DNA of 64,000 bases from positions 5,766,001 through 5,830,000 of the forward strand of contig NC_087257.1 in assembly GCF_037042905.1 (NCBI RefSeq), read 5' to 3'. Positions within the stretch are counted from its first letter, which is position 1; each line of letters starts with the position of its first letter. Origin of the DNA: Lytechinus pictus. Taxonomy: Eukaryota. This document shows, one piece after another, positions 10,272-23,400 of the stretch. The position numbers and the translations under genes were made by a program. Below the pieces are notes generated by a model. That model made no database searches and was not told the DNA's origin. It worked only from the letters and a program-made list of their open reading frames with translations.

Positions 10272-12620
10272 GAGCTTAGTAGAAGACATCAAGAAATCCA
10301 TGAAATACGACACAGTGTACGAGCCCTGCAGCGGCGTTGGAAGGAGGCAAGAAAAAAACCCCAGAATACCATAGAAATAAAAGATCTAGATGACCTCAGA
10401 GATGAGCAGAGAAGGAGGTTGAAAGCCCTGTCTAAGGCTGAGAGGCTTAGAAGGAAAAGGAAAGGACGCGCTAAACAACTACAGAAATTCTGGTGAACTG
10501 AAGGTCACTAGAGAGGAGTTACAAGATCATTTGAGAAACGCCTACTCTGACAGTGTGAGGAACCTACCCCTACCTACAATGGATAACTTGGTAGTCCAAC
10601 GTCTCCAGGTGAAAACTTTGATATAGACCTTTCACGCCCATCTGAGGTAAAAAGATTTGTCAATAAGGCAAGGACTGGCTCATCTCCAGGACCTAATGGT
10701 GTGCCATATAAAGTCTTAAAATACTGTACCGGGATGAGGAGGCTATTGTGGAGACTGTTGAGAGTACTGAGGAGAAGTAACGTGGTGCCAAAGGAATGGA
10801 ATACAGCTGAAGGTGTGTACATACCTGAAGAAAAAAATGCTGAGAGGATAAAATCATTCCGTCCAATATCTCTCCTTAATATTGACGGTAAGATCATGGT
10901 GGGAATCCTTGCTGGGCGTCTTTCCAATTAAGTACCTACTCGTGAATAGATTTGTTGACACAGCTGTTTAGAAGGCAGGAATTCCAGGATTTTCTGGCTG
11001 TGTTGAACACTCTGCAATAATATGGCCCTGGGGGGGGGGGGGCACTCAGTACATAATGTGCCGCGGAGGGGACCCCCGTTTTTACACTAGCTCAAATTTC
11101 CGTTCCAAGGCATAGCATTTTTGTCTTATTGAAAAAAAAGAACAAAGAAAGCCGCTCCAAAGCATGGCATTTTCTTCTTATCGAGAAAAAAGAAGAGAGA
11201 AATCCGCTCCGAAGCTTCGCAAATTTTCCGTTACGCCGTTCCAGCCGTATTGATCTGCTACAATGAGCCGCAATTTTGGTGAAAAGCGGCCGCAGAGCGC
11301 TGTCCGACCATTGCATCTGCGTTAGCGCACCCGGCGTCCGTGCCGCCGGGCTAGCTGCATGCACGTATGCCCGTTCCATAGGGATGAAAACGCACTCATT
11401 CACAGGGGACCCGTTCCAAGGACCCCCGTTTTCACAAACATTTGTAGTTCCGAAGCCCGTTCCGAGGACCCTCCTTTTTACAATAAGCCCGCTCCAAGGC
11501 CCCCGTTTTTTGTCTCGCCCGCGGCACATACCCACTACTTTTTTGTCGAGTGCCCCCCCCCCCCCGGGAATATGGCACACGACCCAAGAGGCAAAGAGAA
11601 GGAGGATGGACCTTTCAGTTCTATGGCTGGACTTGGCCAGTGCATACGGTTCATTGCCACAGACGGATTTCTTCTACATTCCTGAGAAACTTGTTGATTT
11701 TCTAAAGTGTTACTTCCAGGATTTCAAGATGAAATATTTTTACCAAGAAATATACAACGGCCTACCAGCACCTCGAGATAGGCATCCCACTGGGATGTGC
11801 CATTTCCCCAATTCTATTTGTCATAGCAATGGAAGTCATAACGAGAGCTGCATGTTCCAGTTGTAGAGATGTGATCGAACCTGGACTCGAGCTGCCACCA
11901 ATACGAGCTTTTATGGACGACATTACCTTACTCAATCCATGCACATCCGATGCACATAAGGCTCTGGAGCGGCTAGATCAATTGATAAGCTGGTGCAGGA
12001 TGAAGTTAAAACCTAGGAAGTCAAGGGGTTTGACCATGAAGAAATAAAAGGTAGATGACAGGACACACTACAACGTTGGTGGTGAGGCCATTCCATCGAT
12101 ATCAGATGCCTCTGTTAAGAACTTAAGGAACTGGTTCACGGAGGATATATTATCAGACAAGAACCAGATAAACGAGGTCCGAACGATGGTAGAGGATGGA
12201 CTATATCGTATCGATAGATTTACCCTCCCAACTCCTAAATAAACTTATGGAGCCTGAAGTTGTTTTTCTTCCCATGGATCATGTGGCCATTTATGATGTA
12301 TGAGATTGCAATGACGCATGTTGAGAGGATGGAGCAAAGAATCTCAGTGCACATCCGGAAGTGGCTTGGCATTCATCCATGCACAACAAACATAAGCTTC
12401 TATGGCCATTCCACAAAGCTGAAGCTACTCCTGAGTGCACTTACACATGAGTTTAAAGTGAAATGGCTCACATGTACTCAACCCTTAGGGACTCCAGCGA
12501 CCAGTTTGGTAAAGGGACTGTGCCAGACATTCGCACAGGACGCAAGTTGGAAGACCAGCAAGAAGTTGATGAAACGGAATCTCAGCTGAGGCAAAAGTTT
12601 TATCTTAGGGGTCCAAGACG
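10272..12620 (+). mobile_element. Decayed HERO-clade (RLE-type) non-LTR retrotransposon, RT region
   Basis: Fragments SSPGPNGVPYKV, FRPISLLNIDGK, GCVEHSAIIW|HTTQEAK...WLDLASAYGS, PPIRAFMDDIT, KPRKSR and IRKWLG, with many stops and frameshifts. Confidence 0.8.
11026..11568. mobile_element. MITE inserted in the HERO-like RT
   Basis: TIRs CCCTG(G)nCACTC / GAGTG(C)nGGG. 7-bp TSD AATATGG at 11019-11025 and 11569-11575. Removing the element restores the RT frame. Confidence 0.85.
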
Positions 12621-12854
12621 TGGGCCAAGACCGAGAATGGCCATAGATGTGGAAAGGAAGGTTCACTCAGGCACATTCTATCAAATTGTCAGATGTCTCT
12701 GGTAGACATGGTAGAGGGCTTGTAGACATGGAGGCACAATGAGATTTTGAAAGAACTGAGCAATGCCCTAACGATCACTATTAAGAAAGTAAAACCAGAC
12801 AAAACCACAAAATGCTCCAGCGATGATCTCATTTGTGAAGGCTTGAACAAGTAC

Positions 12855-13162
12855 TGGAGCAAACAGGAAAGTTACAACGTTGTAAACTTTGTTGGACTGA
12901 CAATGTATGCGCGTGCACTTCCATCAATGCTTGAACGTTGCCCACTAACGTTGAAGCAACGTCGTAATTGACAATTCAGACAACATTGTATCTGGAACAT
13001 TGTTGCTGGACAAGTTTGACCAACGTTTGAAACGTTGGTCTAACGATGTATGCGTGACTGTGCACTTCTATCGACGATGCCACGTTCCCTGCCAACGTTG
13101 AGACAACGTTTGAAAAAAAATTCCCAACGTTGGTCCAACGCTGTACATTGTTCCCTGGGTAT
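12855..13162. mobile_element. MITE-like element with CAACGTT(G) repeats
   Basis: Multiple AACGTT palindromes; ends GTTCCCTGGG-TA. Left end degraded. Confidence 0.5.
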
Positions 13163-14766
13163 ATACTCGTATTTAAGTTTTCTTTATTTCGGGTACAAAT
13201 TTAGTGACCCTTCTTTAAACATTTCTAGTTCATGAATATACTTCTTTAATGAACTCCATACAGCATGTGCGTACTCTTTGCAGGTTTTGTAATACTGTAT
13301 ATGAGAAATATTGTTTTTCTTAATATAATTTATTCGTTGGCCTATTGGATTTTCGTGTTGACTGAATTAGTGTTTAAAAACACTCCTATCCAAATCGAAA
13401 TTCTTCACTCCTGAAACAAAACATCAAAACAAAAATAAAAAATCAGAAAAGGCATTTTACTATAATCTGTGAAGATGATGCGTGCTCTGTAGTCTAATTA
13501 TAAACTGAGCCAAATGAATTCATGTAATTCATTCATAAAATTCACACTAGCATTATTTTGTCCACTCTGATCTGCCACGTTCTGCCTACAATAATTAAAA
13601 GCATCACATTGTCAATTTTCCAAACATTACAAGAATTAGTCAAATTTTTGATATAATCTTTTTAATGACGTATTTTTATTGAGTAATGCTATATTATAGT
13701 CTTATCTTCTAAGTATAAGCAAATCTTTACACATCACATTCAGTTTTACTGAGAATTGGTGATAACAGCGTTAATAAAATTGGAAAATTACAAGGTAGAA
13801 CATTCACATTTGACTCTTTCAGGTCTTCCGTAGCAGAAATGATGTGTTACAAAAACTCAAAGAATAATTGGTATACACATATTCGTTTAGTTAAAAAATG
13901 CTTTTAGAACTGGAACCACTTTGAATTTGTCAAGAATAAAGAAACTATTTAAGTATGGGGTGTAACAATGGGAATTAAGTTCCAGACGGTATTTTTTCTA
14001 AGGTGTGCATTCTGAAGTTTGTAGAAAAATATTCAAAAATATGATATTTTAAATGGGTTTGCACACTAATATATTGACAAAGAGTGTACCCTACCGGTCA
14101 ACAGAGCCCTACTCATGCTTCTGAAAACTCAGTGAGTAATCCTATAGTTTAATTTCAATTTTGTCCTAAAATATATTTACATAATATGCACTGGGAAAGA
14201 AAAGTTTGTTACTAAAAGAGACAACAGAGGACAATACAAAACGAGAAATATCACCTACTTCATGGAAAAACAATACTGTATCTCGAATAAATGACAGAAA
14301 GGGATTATGGAAGTGGAGGGGAAAAAGGGAAGAATTAGAAACTGAATTTGGCTCAAATGAATCACATGAAATATACAAAGTGTGTTAAAAATGAATCAAG
14401 AAAAAAAGAGACAAGGAAAAAAAAGTTGATCCTCTTCCTTTTCTTTTAGGGATTTATCCCTCCTGAAACCCCTTATATTTCGTTTAATAAAATTAAACCA
14501 ATTTTTTCCTCTGTAGTCACAATCAATAAACTTGTCCGAAATTTGACAGAGATTAATTTTGAATGTTAGTACAAGACAGTTGGAAATCTGATGCAGATCC
14601 AATTTTTCCAATGAAAAATGAAATAATTTTGTGCATGAATTTCACTTCTGAATAATCATTTAAAAACATCGTTCATGTTTTATTTAATCAATGCATGAAT
14701 CTTCAAAACAAAAGTATAGGCCTATTGTTTTTATAATAGACACAGACAGATTTTCATCTTATATGT

Positions 14767-15591
14767 TTAAGAAGGCCGCAATCTACTTTGATACATTTCA
14801 CGATAGAATGGCATTGAATGGTCAACGCATTGGATGACGTCATCTGTGAGCTGATCACGTGGTATTGGCCCAGATTCACGGGGCGCCACAAAACTTGTAC
14901 TGTTTAAAGCTGTGGCATAAAGGTGCTGGCCCATTGCTTGAGACATATTCTCTAATGGTGTCACAAAGTTCGTTGGGAATTCTTGACTGGGGGTCCATTG
15001 TAGAAGGTCATCGCTGTATGGCAATCCAACATCATTACAGAAGGCCCTCAAAATATTCCGAGGTTCGGAGGCGAGGTCGAAAGCGTCAATGATGATTGGA
15101 TTCGGTTCGATGTGCTCTCTGACGTATTTCCAAAGTTCGTGCTGCTTCTCGTACCAACTCTTTGGGCGTATCGATGCGACATCATCACGAATGATGTCGA
15201 ACACGCGCTCATCTGTGGCGTGCTCCGGTTGGCGGCTTTCTGGCATCGATGGTGCCGCAGCCAGAATACGGCTCTTCCGGTATGATGCGAAAACTCTCGA
15301 AGGTTCCCGAGTTAGAAACACATATCTGAAACCTCGGGGAAGATATTCTAGAGCATAGGTGTGAGCAATATCTTTATTTACAACATACTTGCTTGACGCA
15401 TTCTCTAAATCTTGCTTGATGTCGAAGAACCTGAAAATAAAGAAACGACAGACCTATATATCAATTATAAAATATGGGCTCATATACTCTCATTTTCTCA
15501 TTATTTCTCTCCCACCCAATGTCCTCCTCAATCTATACAGCTGAAATTTACATCTGCTAATGGTTACATTTATGTATCTTCGAATTGTATT

Positions 15592-15652
<61 letters not shown>

Positions 15653-16254
15653 TTTATGTTATACAGGGCCCCCACAGGGACACCTGTATTTGCCTTCTGA
15701 TGGGGCTACCCTTTCTCAATAATTTAATAAACAAATTCATAAATAAATATGTACATTAGTTACCGAAGCAAAACTCAAAATGTATTTATTTCGAATATTT
15801 TCTCAAATCCACCGTGATCCGAAGAAATGGGTTAAAATTTTAAGCATCGCCCTTTGAAGAGATCGAAGTGTATGGAAAACAGATAAACTATAAGGTATAG
15901 AGCGAAAAGATCTCAGAGGCGACCTTATTAGAAGTCGGAGCTCATGTATACTAGCTGAGAAGAAAAAAAAAAGATCTTGGAAACGTACGATGCTCTCCTT
16001 TGAATGATTTTCCGGCCGATTGACATTGCATTGAAAAGCTCACTCATCTTGTCATAATCCTTCTCGTTTCCATCTAATTGGAACGGGAGCCTACGACCTA
16101 CTACCGACTCGAACACATTTGATGCCGTATCGGCGTAAGAAAACAGTTCGAAATAGACTTCCATCCCGTCGATGACACTCAGGCATTTGGTTAGTACTGT
16201 GGACAACGATCGTGGCACGCACCACAAACTAACTTTAACTTGCTTTTCATCCAT
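14767..16254 (-). CDS. P-loop sulfotransferase-like protein, copy 2, 309 aa
   Basis: Exon 1 is 16254-15989 (donor GTACGT) and exon 2 is 15430-14767; in frame, same motifs as copy 1. Confidence 0.8.
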
Positions 16255-16674
16255 GGTATTATACAAGATGAAAATATATATTCTTTTGAAGATTAACGTC
16301 AACGCGACAAAATTGGTGAGCAACCCTAATACAGTAGCCTGTAGACGTGCTAAAAGTTAAATTATTAATCTGCAAATTAGAGTCTGAACTCGTAAAAATA
16401 TAGTATAAAGCTAACAAACCCGAGTTATAAAACAAAGTTAGTATCCATATAACATGTATAAATTATGTCAATGCCATGTCAATAAAAAGCAACAACAAAA
16501 ACTTACGTGACTTTTGGCACATATCAGTCGGACTCTGAACTGACTGAGATCCTTTTTTTGAGGTGGTTTCGAGCCTGTCATGGCGTTAAAATAAAGAGTG
16601 GAACGATGAGATGAAGTCGTCCAGGCTAGAAGAGGCATAACCTATATAATTATATATACATATATATATTATAT

Positions 16675-17347
16675 AAATGTGAGAAATTATACATGTACAA
16701 CAGCTTTTGGCAACTCTTGTATTTTATGTTATGAAAGAAATGAATGGAGAAAACAATGGTAGGCATAGCTTAAGTGAAAGTTCCTCAGAGCTATCTGCCC
16801 TTTGGAAAAATTGGTGACGCCGAAAAAATGTCTCTGCCGGGAATCGAACCCGGATTCCCATTTTTGAACGCCCGTGCCTTTACCACTAGACCACAGAGAC
16901 GGGTTAGTGACTAGGGCGACTCTGATCAGATTTACCGTCAGATAAACAGATTTTCGACACTATACCAATTATAATTTCTTTTGTCGGGTGTAGGTGGGTA
17001 ATGAACAATGACAAGCCGCCATGCCTCAGCTGGATCAAAGCTACTGCTTTGATACAGTGCACGTATGGGAGAAAGTATACAAATGTGTGAAATTATACAT
17101 GTACAACAGCTTTGGCAACTCTTTATTGAATTTATGTATATTTATTAATTTATGTATATTATATATGTATATATATATATATATTGTAAAGAAATGGATG
17201 AAGAGAACAATGGTAGGCGTAGCTTAAATCAAGGTTCACCAGAGCTATCTACCCTTTGGAAAAAAATGGTCATGCCGAAAAAATGTATCTGCCGGGAATC
17301 GAACCCAGGCCCCCAGCTTTGAACGCCGGTGCCTTAACCACTAGACC

Positions 17348-17349
<2 letters not shown>
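16675..17349 (-). mobile_element. tRNA-containing tandem element, locus B (about 1.6 units)
   Basis: The unit restarts at 17081 and both sides are (TA)n. Cloverleaf at 16829-16900 (anticodon stem degraded) and a 5'-truncated copy at 17284-17349. Confidence 0.85.
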
Positions 17350-17387
<38 letters not shown>

Positions 17388-17389
17388 GT

Positions 17390-17756
17390 ATGGCATCTTG
17401 GTTTTCCACGTATTGGCAATAATAAGACATCAGAAATGCGAAACAAATGATATTCACGAGTAATGCAAGTTTGCAATGCCAACAAGTTCTTTATTTATTA
17501 TTTATTGGAAAGTGAATAAAGAACTTGTTGGCATTGCAAACATAATAATAATAATAATAATGTGGTTCTTATATAACGCATTTCAGACCCGAAAGGACTC
17601 TCAATGCACTTTACAAAAATAAAAATTATACAATATAAGGAATTACTTAGTATAACAATTGGGAACAGCAACATTAATCAGTTACATACATGTATGGCAT
17701 AAGTATTTGGAAAGGCTTGCATTACTCGTGAATATCATTCGTTTCGCATTTCTGAT
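17390..17756. repeat. Nested inverted repeats interrupted by an L2-like 3' tail
   Basis: 17429-17469 is inverted at 17716-17756, and 17469-17495 is inverted at 17515-17541. An (ATT)n-ended tail lies at about 17542-17620 on the minus strand. Confidence 0.7.
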
Positions 17757-19332
17757 ATATATATATATATATATCAAAAAGTTGATAGCATTACAAAAGA
17801 ATGTGGAATCTGTTGGCTACAATTTGCAAGAAAATGTCAATAAATCACATGCCTGACATATCAACTGAGAGAGATGGTACTCCTCCCTTTTTACCTTCAT
17901 GGTGAGATATTGAACGGTTCGATCAATCATTATACATTCCTGCTCCGGCCACGGATCGAGTAATCTAAAGAAGATCTCTGCATCTTTCTTTTCCAGAGGA
18001 GAAGTGTGGATTGCTTTGATGTTTACTTCGATGGACTCTAATTGTCAGGTGAGACAAAGATTATTTTCTGGAAACTAGGGGATCTCACCTGTTCCAAATT
18101 AAGAGCTACGTATGAAGATGGTTACACATATATCCACTATAGATTTAGCTACCTCTACCCTTTCCGAGATGGAAGCTAGGGCAATCGCTGAGTTCTTAGT
18201 TGATGTGAGCTTTGGACATTACCTCAAACTCTCCATCATACAGTTAGTTCTAGTATTTCGTTGATTCAGCCAGTAATGTCCAGGTCCCTTAGGGCACATC
18301 TGATATATCAATCTGGAAACTTAACACAGGAACAATAGGACTAACATAAAGACTTAGCCACAGTTTGCCCAAATTTACCTCAAAGGCTTGTTTTCTTATT
18401 TTCATGTGAATGGTAAAAAATTATGTTGTTTAAATGTTCAATACTCATTACTCACAGTTGTCAAATAACGTTGAAATATCTTTGGATGTAAATCATATCA
18501 TTACCAATTAATTCCAGAATTTTGTGCTTAATTTAACCCTAGTATCAGTATCATTACAATGCAGATACAAGTATTCTAACATTCTTAAAGAATTGATTTT
18601 CATAGGATTATCATAATCTCTTTTTTTCCACTTTTATTCATCCTTTATGATAAAAATTAGTTACAATATGTCTTACTTTTTATCAAAGAGCTGTTAATTT
18701 AGTTAATTACTTACACTTATTAAGCTAATTCTTATAAATATCTGAATGAACAAATTGTTCTCCCCAAAACTTCTACATAATGCATGAAATATCCCTCCTT
18801 TCAATGATAAAAACACTTCGGTTGATTTCATATGTCTTAGAATATATTGTTTCTCTGTCTTCAAATTCTTATTCATTATTTTACAATACCTGGCATTTTG
18901 AAGCGAAAACTAATTTTTGTCAAGGATTTAACGTTTTCATTTTTCTAATCTTCACAAATCGAACACAATACCTCTGTTGAAATTAACCGTCTTTTGAAGT
19001 ATTTTTTTGTTAACCAGCTGCATTGTCGTATTCTTCACGCTTCGAATCAGTTAATCCTCATCCCTATGTCATGTATGTATAGGCAACAAGAATGTTGTAA
19101 AATAATGTATATTGTGTATTGACTTTGAAAGATGAAGATGAAGATGAATGTAGGCCTATATTATCACCTCCTCACCATTAAATTTACGCTGTTTAAAAAT
19201 TTAAGCACGTTTACTAATTTAAGCTCGTAATTTCAATCAAATTGTTTAAACTTTTTAAACAAGTTGTCTAAAAAGTTTAAACAATTACAAAAATAGGTAT
19301 AAAACAACTATTTGTTAGAGTGACAGGCTTAA

Positions 19333-19938
19333 AGGGATGGTCCAGGCTGAAGATATTTACATCTCAATAAATAGAGTAATATTCTTAGACCAACATGCTG
19401 AAAATTTCATCAAAATCTGATAACAAATAACAAAGTTATTTAATTTGAGAGATTGGCATTAATTCCGTGAAACAATTCTAGGTATATCTTCATGAATATT
19501 CATTAGGTGGGTTGATGATGTCATATCCACACTTGTTCTTTGGTATTTTAGTGATATGAAATTGGGCTTATTCAAAAAAATTCTGCCAAGAACTAAAAAA
19601 AAAAGGAATGAAAACTGATAAAGTGCATTTGTTATCTATTGCCGCAACTTATTTCATTATAGCGGAGACACATCATTTACACGTGTATGAAAAAATGAAA
19701 CAATTATGATTTCATGTAATAACATAAGAAAACGGAAAGTGAGGATATTACATCATCAGCCCACCAAATGAATATTCATGACGATATACATACAACTGTT
19801 TTCACAATATATTGATAAACTTTAAAATTCAATAACTTCGTTATTTGTTATCCGATTTTGATGAAATTGTCAGAATTTTGCTCTGTGAATTTTAATATAT
19901 TTACTTAGATATAGATATTTTCAGCCCGGATCATCCCT
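19333..19938. mobile_element. Kolobok-like palindromic MITE
   Basis: TTAA flanks at 19329-19332 and 19939-19942. Termini AGGGATGGTCC / GGATCATCCCT with long imperfect inverted arms. Confidence 0.8.
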
Positions 19939-20427
19939 TTAAACAACGTGCTATTTTTATTTTTTTAGTGTGTATGATTGAAGAAGTCTATGCTCCCAAT
20001 GGGAACCCTAAGCGATATGAATGTAAAGCCATACATACCATACCACAGAGGAAATTTTGTTCAGAGCAGGGGCGTGATTGCCCGGTCGCGAATATTTTGT
20101 CCGTACATGGAAACGCTATGGGACATGAATTATTCATAAGTTAATATAAAAACTGAAGTGCGCAGGCGCCATGGACTAGTTCGAGATTTATGAACGAATG
20201 GATGAGCACAATGAATGGACTGTTCTCGCATTCTCTCTCACCCTCTCCATTGCACTTTCTCCCGGTTTCTTTATTGCCTTCCTCTTTCTCTCTTTAAGTT
20301 AAAACAAAGACGTCTTTGGAAAACACCTTTTTTTTATCGACACCACTCGTTCGCCCATCTCACACCACCATTTTTACCGTCACTTAATAATACAGTTAAT
20401 TTTTTGCTGCGTTGTAAACTTGCTGTC

Positions 20428-23400
20428 ATGATTTCTCACTGCGGATTGTGTGAGCCTAACTATCTTGACTGTTTTAAAGGTACTTTAGAGGTAAGTTCCA
20501 ATTAATCATAATTTTAAAAAATATTCAGATGACCATGCATGATGTCGTCGACCGCGCGGTCATGCATGCGAACCGTCACACAGATACGACATACAGTGCA
20601 AACCCATTTCAGAGAAACTCGACTTCAAATTTTACTATAATTCCAACACTTTTGTCCCAAGCTTTGAAATATTTTCAATTTCTCGACAGTCCTTAAAAAA
20701 AAATGATTTCGTCTTTATGTTTTTATGTCACCGTGCACTCGTCCTGAGCATGCTGAGTAATTACATGTATTTATTAGACCTGTTTTAGAAAGTTTTAGAA
20801 ATGAATTAGTGTTTATACCTTTGGAAATAAAATAATGTTGAAATGAAATGTTGATCATTAAAAAGGCTTAAAATCTCAGGAGCTTGTAATTTCGGTATGA
20901 GCGATTTAGTTATACCGTATAAGTTCTCCCCAAACCCCCAAATCTATGGTGGCCCTGAAGGGACATCGCAAATAGACCAAATCGCGAATATTCACGACGA
21001 AATTGGCGACGAAATTCACGACGTCGCCAATTTCGTCGTCAATTTGAATATTCACGACGAAATTCACGACGTCGTGAATTTCGTCGCCAATTATTTCGTC
21101 GTGAATTTGTTTTGCTTGCCTGGGCGGTATGCAGGTTGAAACCAATTCGTCTGCTGCTAATTCGATCCTCCACTCACAACAGGGTCTACATTCATTTAGT
21201 CTAATGCAGTTCTGTCCATTAACCTTTCGCCTAACAACCATATGGTCTAATAACCATTTGGTCCAGTCATCACTTTGTCTAATCACCAGTTCGTCTATGA
21301 CTTTCTCGTCTCATAACTAGTTGGTCTAAAAATCAATTTTATTTTCCTTAATTTTGCCCAATTAACACTTAGTTCAATTAGACCAAATGACATATGGAAT
21401 AAATGGCAATTGGACCCATAGTGGTCGAACTGATGGTAGACCAAATGATAGCAGACGAGTTGGCATTAGACCAATTGAAAATAAACCATTGAAACGACAG
21501 AACGATGTCCACTGCTATCCATATGCATAGGCGGATCCAGGGGGGAGGGGGCCGAGGGGCCCGCCCCCCCCCCCCTATTGGTGGAGCAAAAAAAAGGGAA
21601 AAAGGGAAGAAAGAAATAAAAAAGATGGGAAAAGAGCGGAGAAAAAAAAGAAGACGAGGAAGACGAGGGGAAGACATGGAAATAAAAAGAATCTTTCATG
21701 TCACTATATCAAATTTTCGGTCGCGCTTCGCGCTCGCATTACCTCTTAGGTGTTCCAGGGGCGGATCCAGCCTTCGTCAATAGGGGGGGGGGGGCCGGAA
21801 TTATTTTTCAGCCATATTTTCCCCAATCGGCCGCTCGAAGATGATTTTTGGTTTCTGTGAAGGGGTAGTCTTCTTAGCTTTATTCTTATAAATCAACATA
21901 AATATATAATATCATAATCCTTATTTATATATTGTGAGCGCGAAGCGCGAGCTAATTTTTTTTTGGAAATCTTATGTATTTTTTCCAAAAATTTGAACAT
22001 TCTGGGCAATGTTTGTTTTCCTAAAAAAAGATGTGTATGCAAATAAATAATTACTACGAACGCGAAGCGTGAGCAGAAATGAACTGGTGGAAAATATACC
22101 TGTTAAAGACTGCATGCAGTTAGTCATGAAGACGTTACATATTTAAAAAATCAAATAATGCGAGCGGGATGCGCGAGCTGAATTTTTACCTAAATAATGG
22201 AAATTCTAAGGACTTTTTGTAACTTAAACAGAATAGGTATATAATAAACAATTGATGCGAGCGCGAAGCGCGAGCTGAAAAATTTTGACATTTCTACATA
22301 AAGAATGAAAAATTTTAATCAATTTTTGAAATCGTGAACAGGATAGCTATATAACTAAACAATTGATGCAAGTGCGAAGCGCGAGCGAAAAAAATCGAGA
22401 TTTAGACCTAAATACGGGACACTCTATTCATGTTTTGTAAATTTTGAAAAGAATGAGTAATTCCTACATTTATGATGCGAGCACAAAGCGCGAGCAGAAA
22501 ATTGTTTATATTGTGATCTGAAACTGGATAATGATTTAAATAGAGAACAAGTTGAATATCTGAATAAACATGCGCGCGCGTGTTTCATATTTAGACCTAG
22601 AATCTAGGCATTCTAAATAGTTATTGCATCTTTTATCATGAAAATCAAAGCGAGCGCGAAGCACGAGCAATAACTATTTGATATTCTGATCTGAAAAAAA
22701 GAGTAAATTTCAGCTCTATATTTCAAGCACTTTGTAAGAAAACTATAAGGTGGATGTGGATCGCATAGAGCTGGGTTTTTTTTTCATTATAATTACTTTG
22801 ACTTTTGACATAGGACCGGTACACCGTTAGGACATGTAGGACATGTCATCATATGAAAATGATGACTGTCTTCCTATTCCTCTTGCTAAGTGCGAGATGA
22901 AACAAAAGGGACAATTCAATTATTAAATTAATATCTTATTCATTAATGTCTAATGAGGGCGCGAAGTCTGATGATATTATGGCCTGAAAACTGGACATTT
23001 CAAGCACTTTTGTAATTATAAATAGGATGCATCAGTTAATATATTTTTAACAATTAATGCGAGCGCAAATTGCGAGCCTAAATGTTTGTATACATTGTCA
23101 TGAAAAGGGGATTGTATAATCAATATTGAGACATACAATCAAAATGCGAGCGTGCAGCGCTAGCTGATACGTTTTGACAATCAGACCTGAAAAGGGATAT
23201 TTTGAAAACTTTATGGAATACAGGAAAATAATAGGTACCTGATAAATGGAAATTTGCGAACGCGCAGCGCGAGCGGAAAATGTTAATATTCAGACCATAA
23301 AACTGTCATATTTACAGAGCACTTTTTAAAAATCAATTTGTAAATCATGCAAAATAATGAAAGTTTGATTTTCGAGATGAAATATGTTTTGTATATTGAC

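Larger units (their letters stand above)
13166..17349. repeat. Tandem segmental duplication, copy 2
   Basis: Colinear with 6043-10271 apart from copy-specific insertions. Confidence 0.85.

Noticed and set aside
11092-11685. ORFs of 108-196 aa
   Set aside because: They are chance frames across a GC-rich MITE; only the part after 11575 is RT-derived.
17860-18380. Possible decayed retrotransposon C-terminus on the minus strand (ALRDLDITG)
   Set aside because: Too many stops and too little motif support to call without a search.
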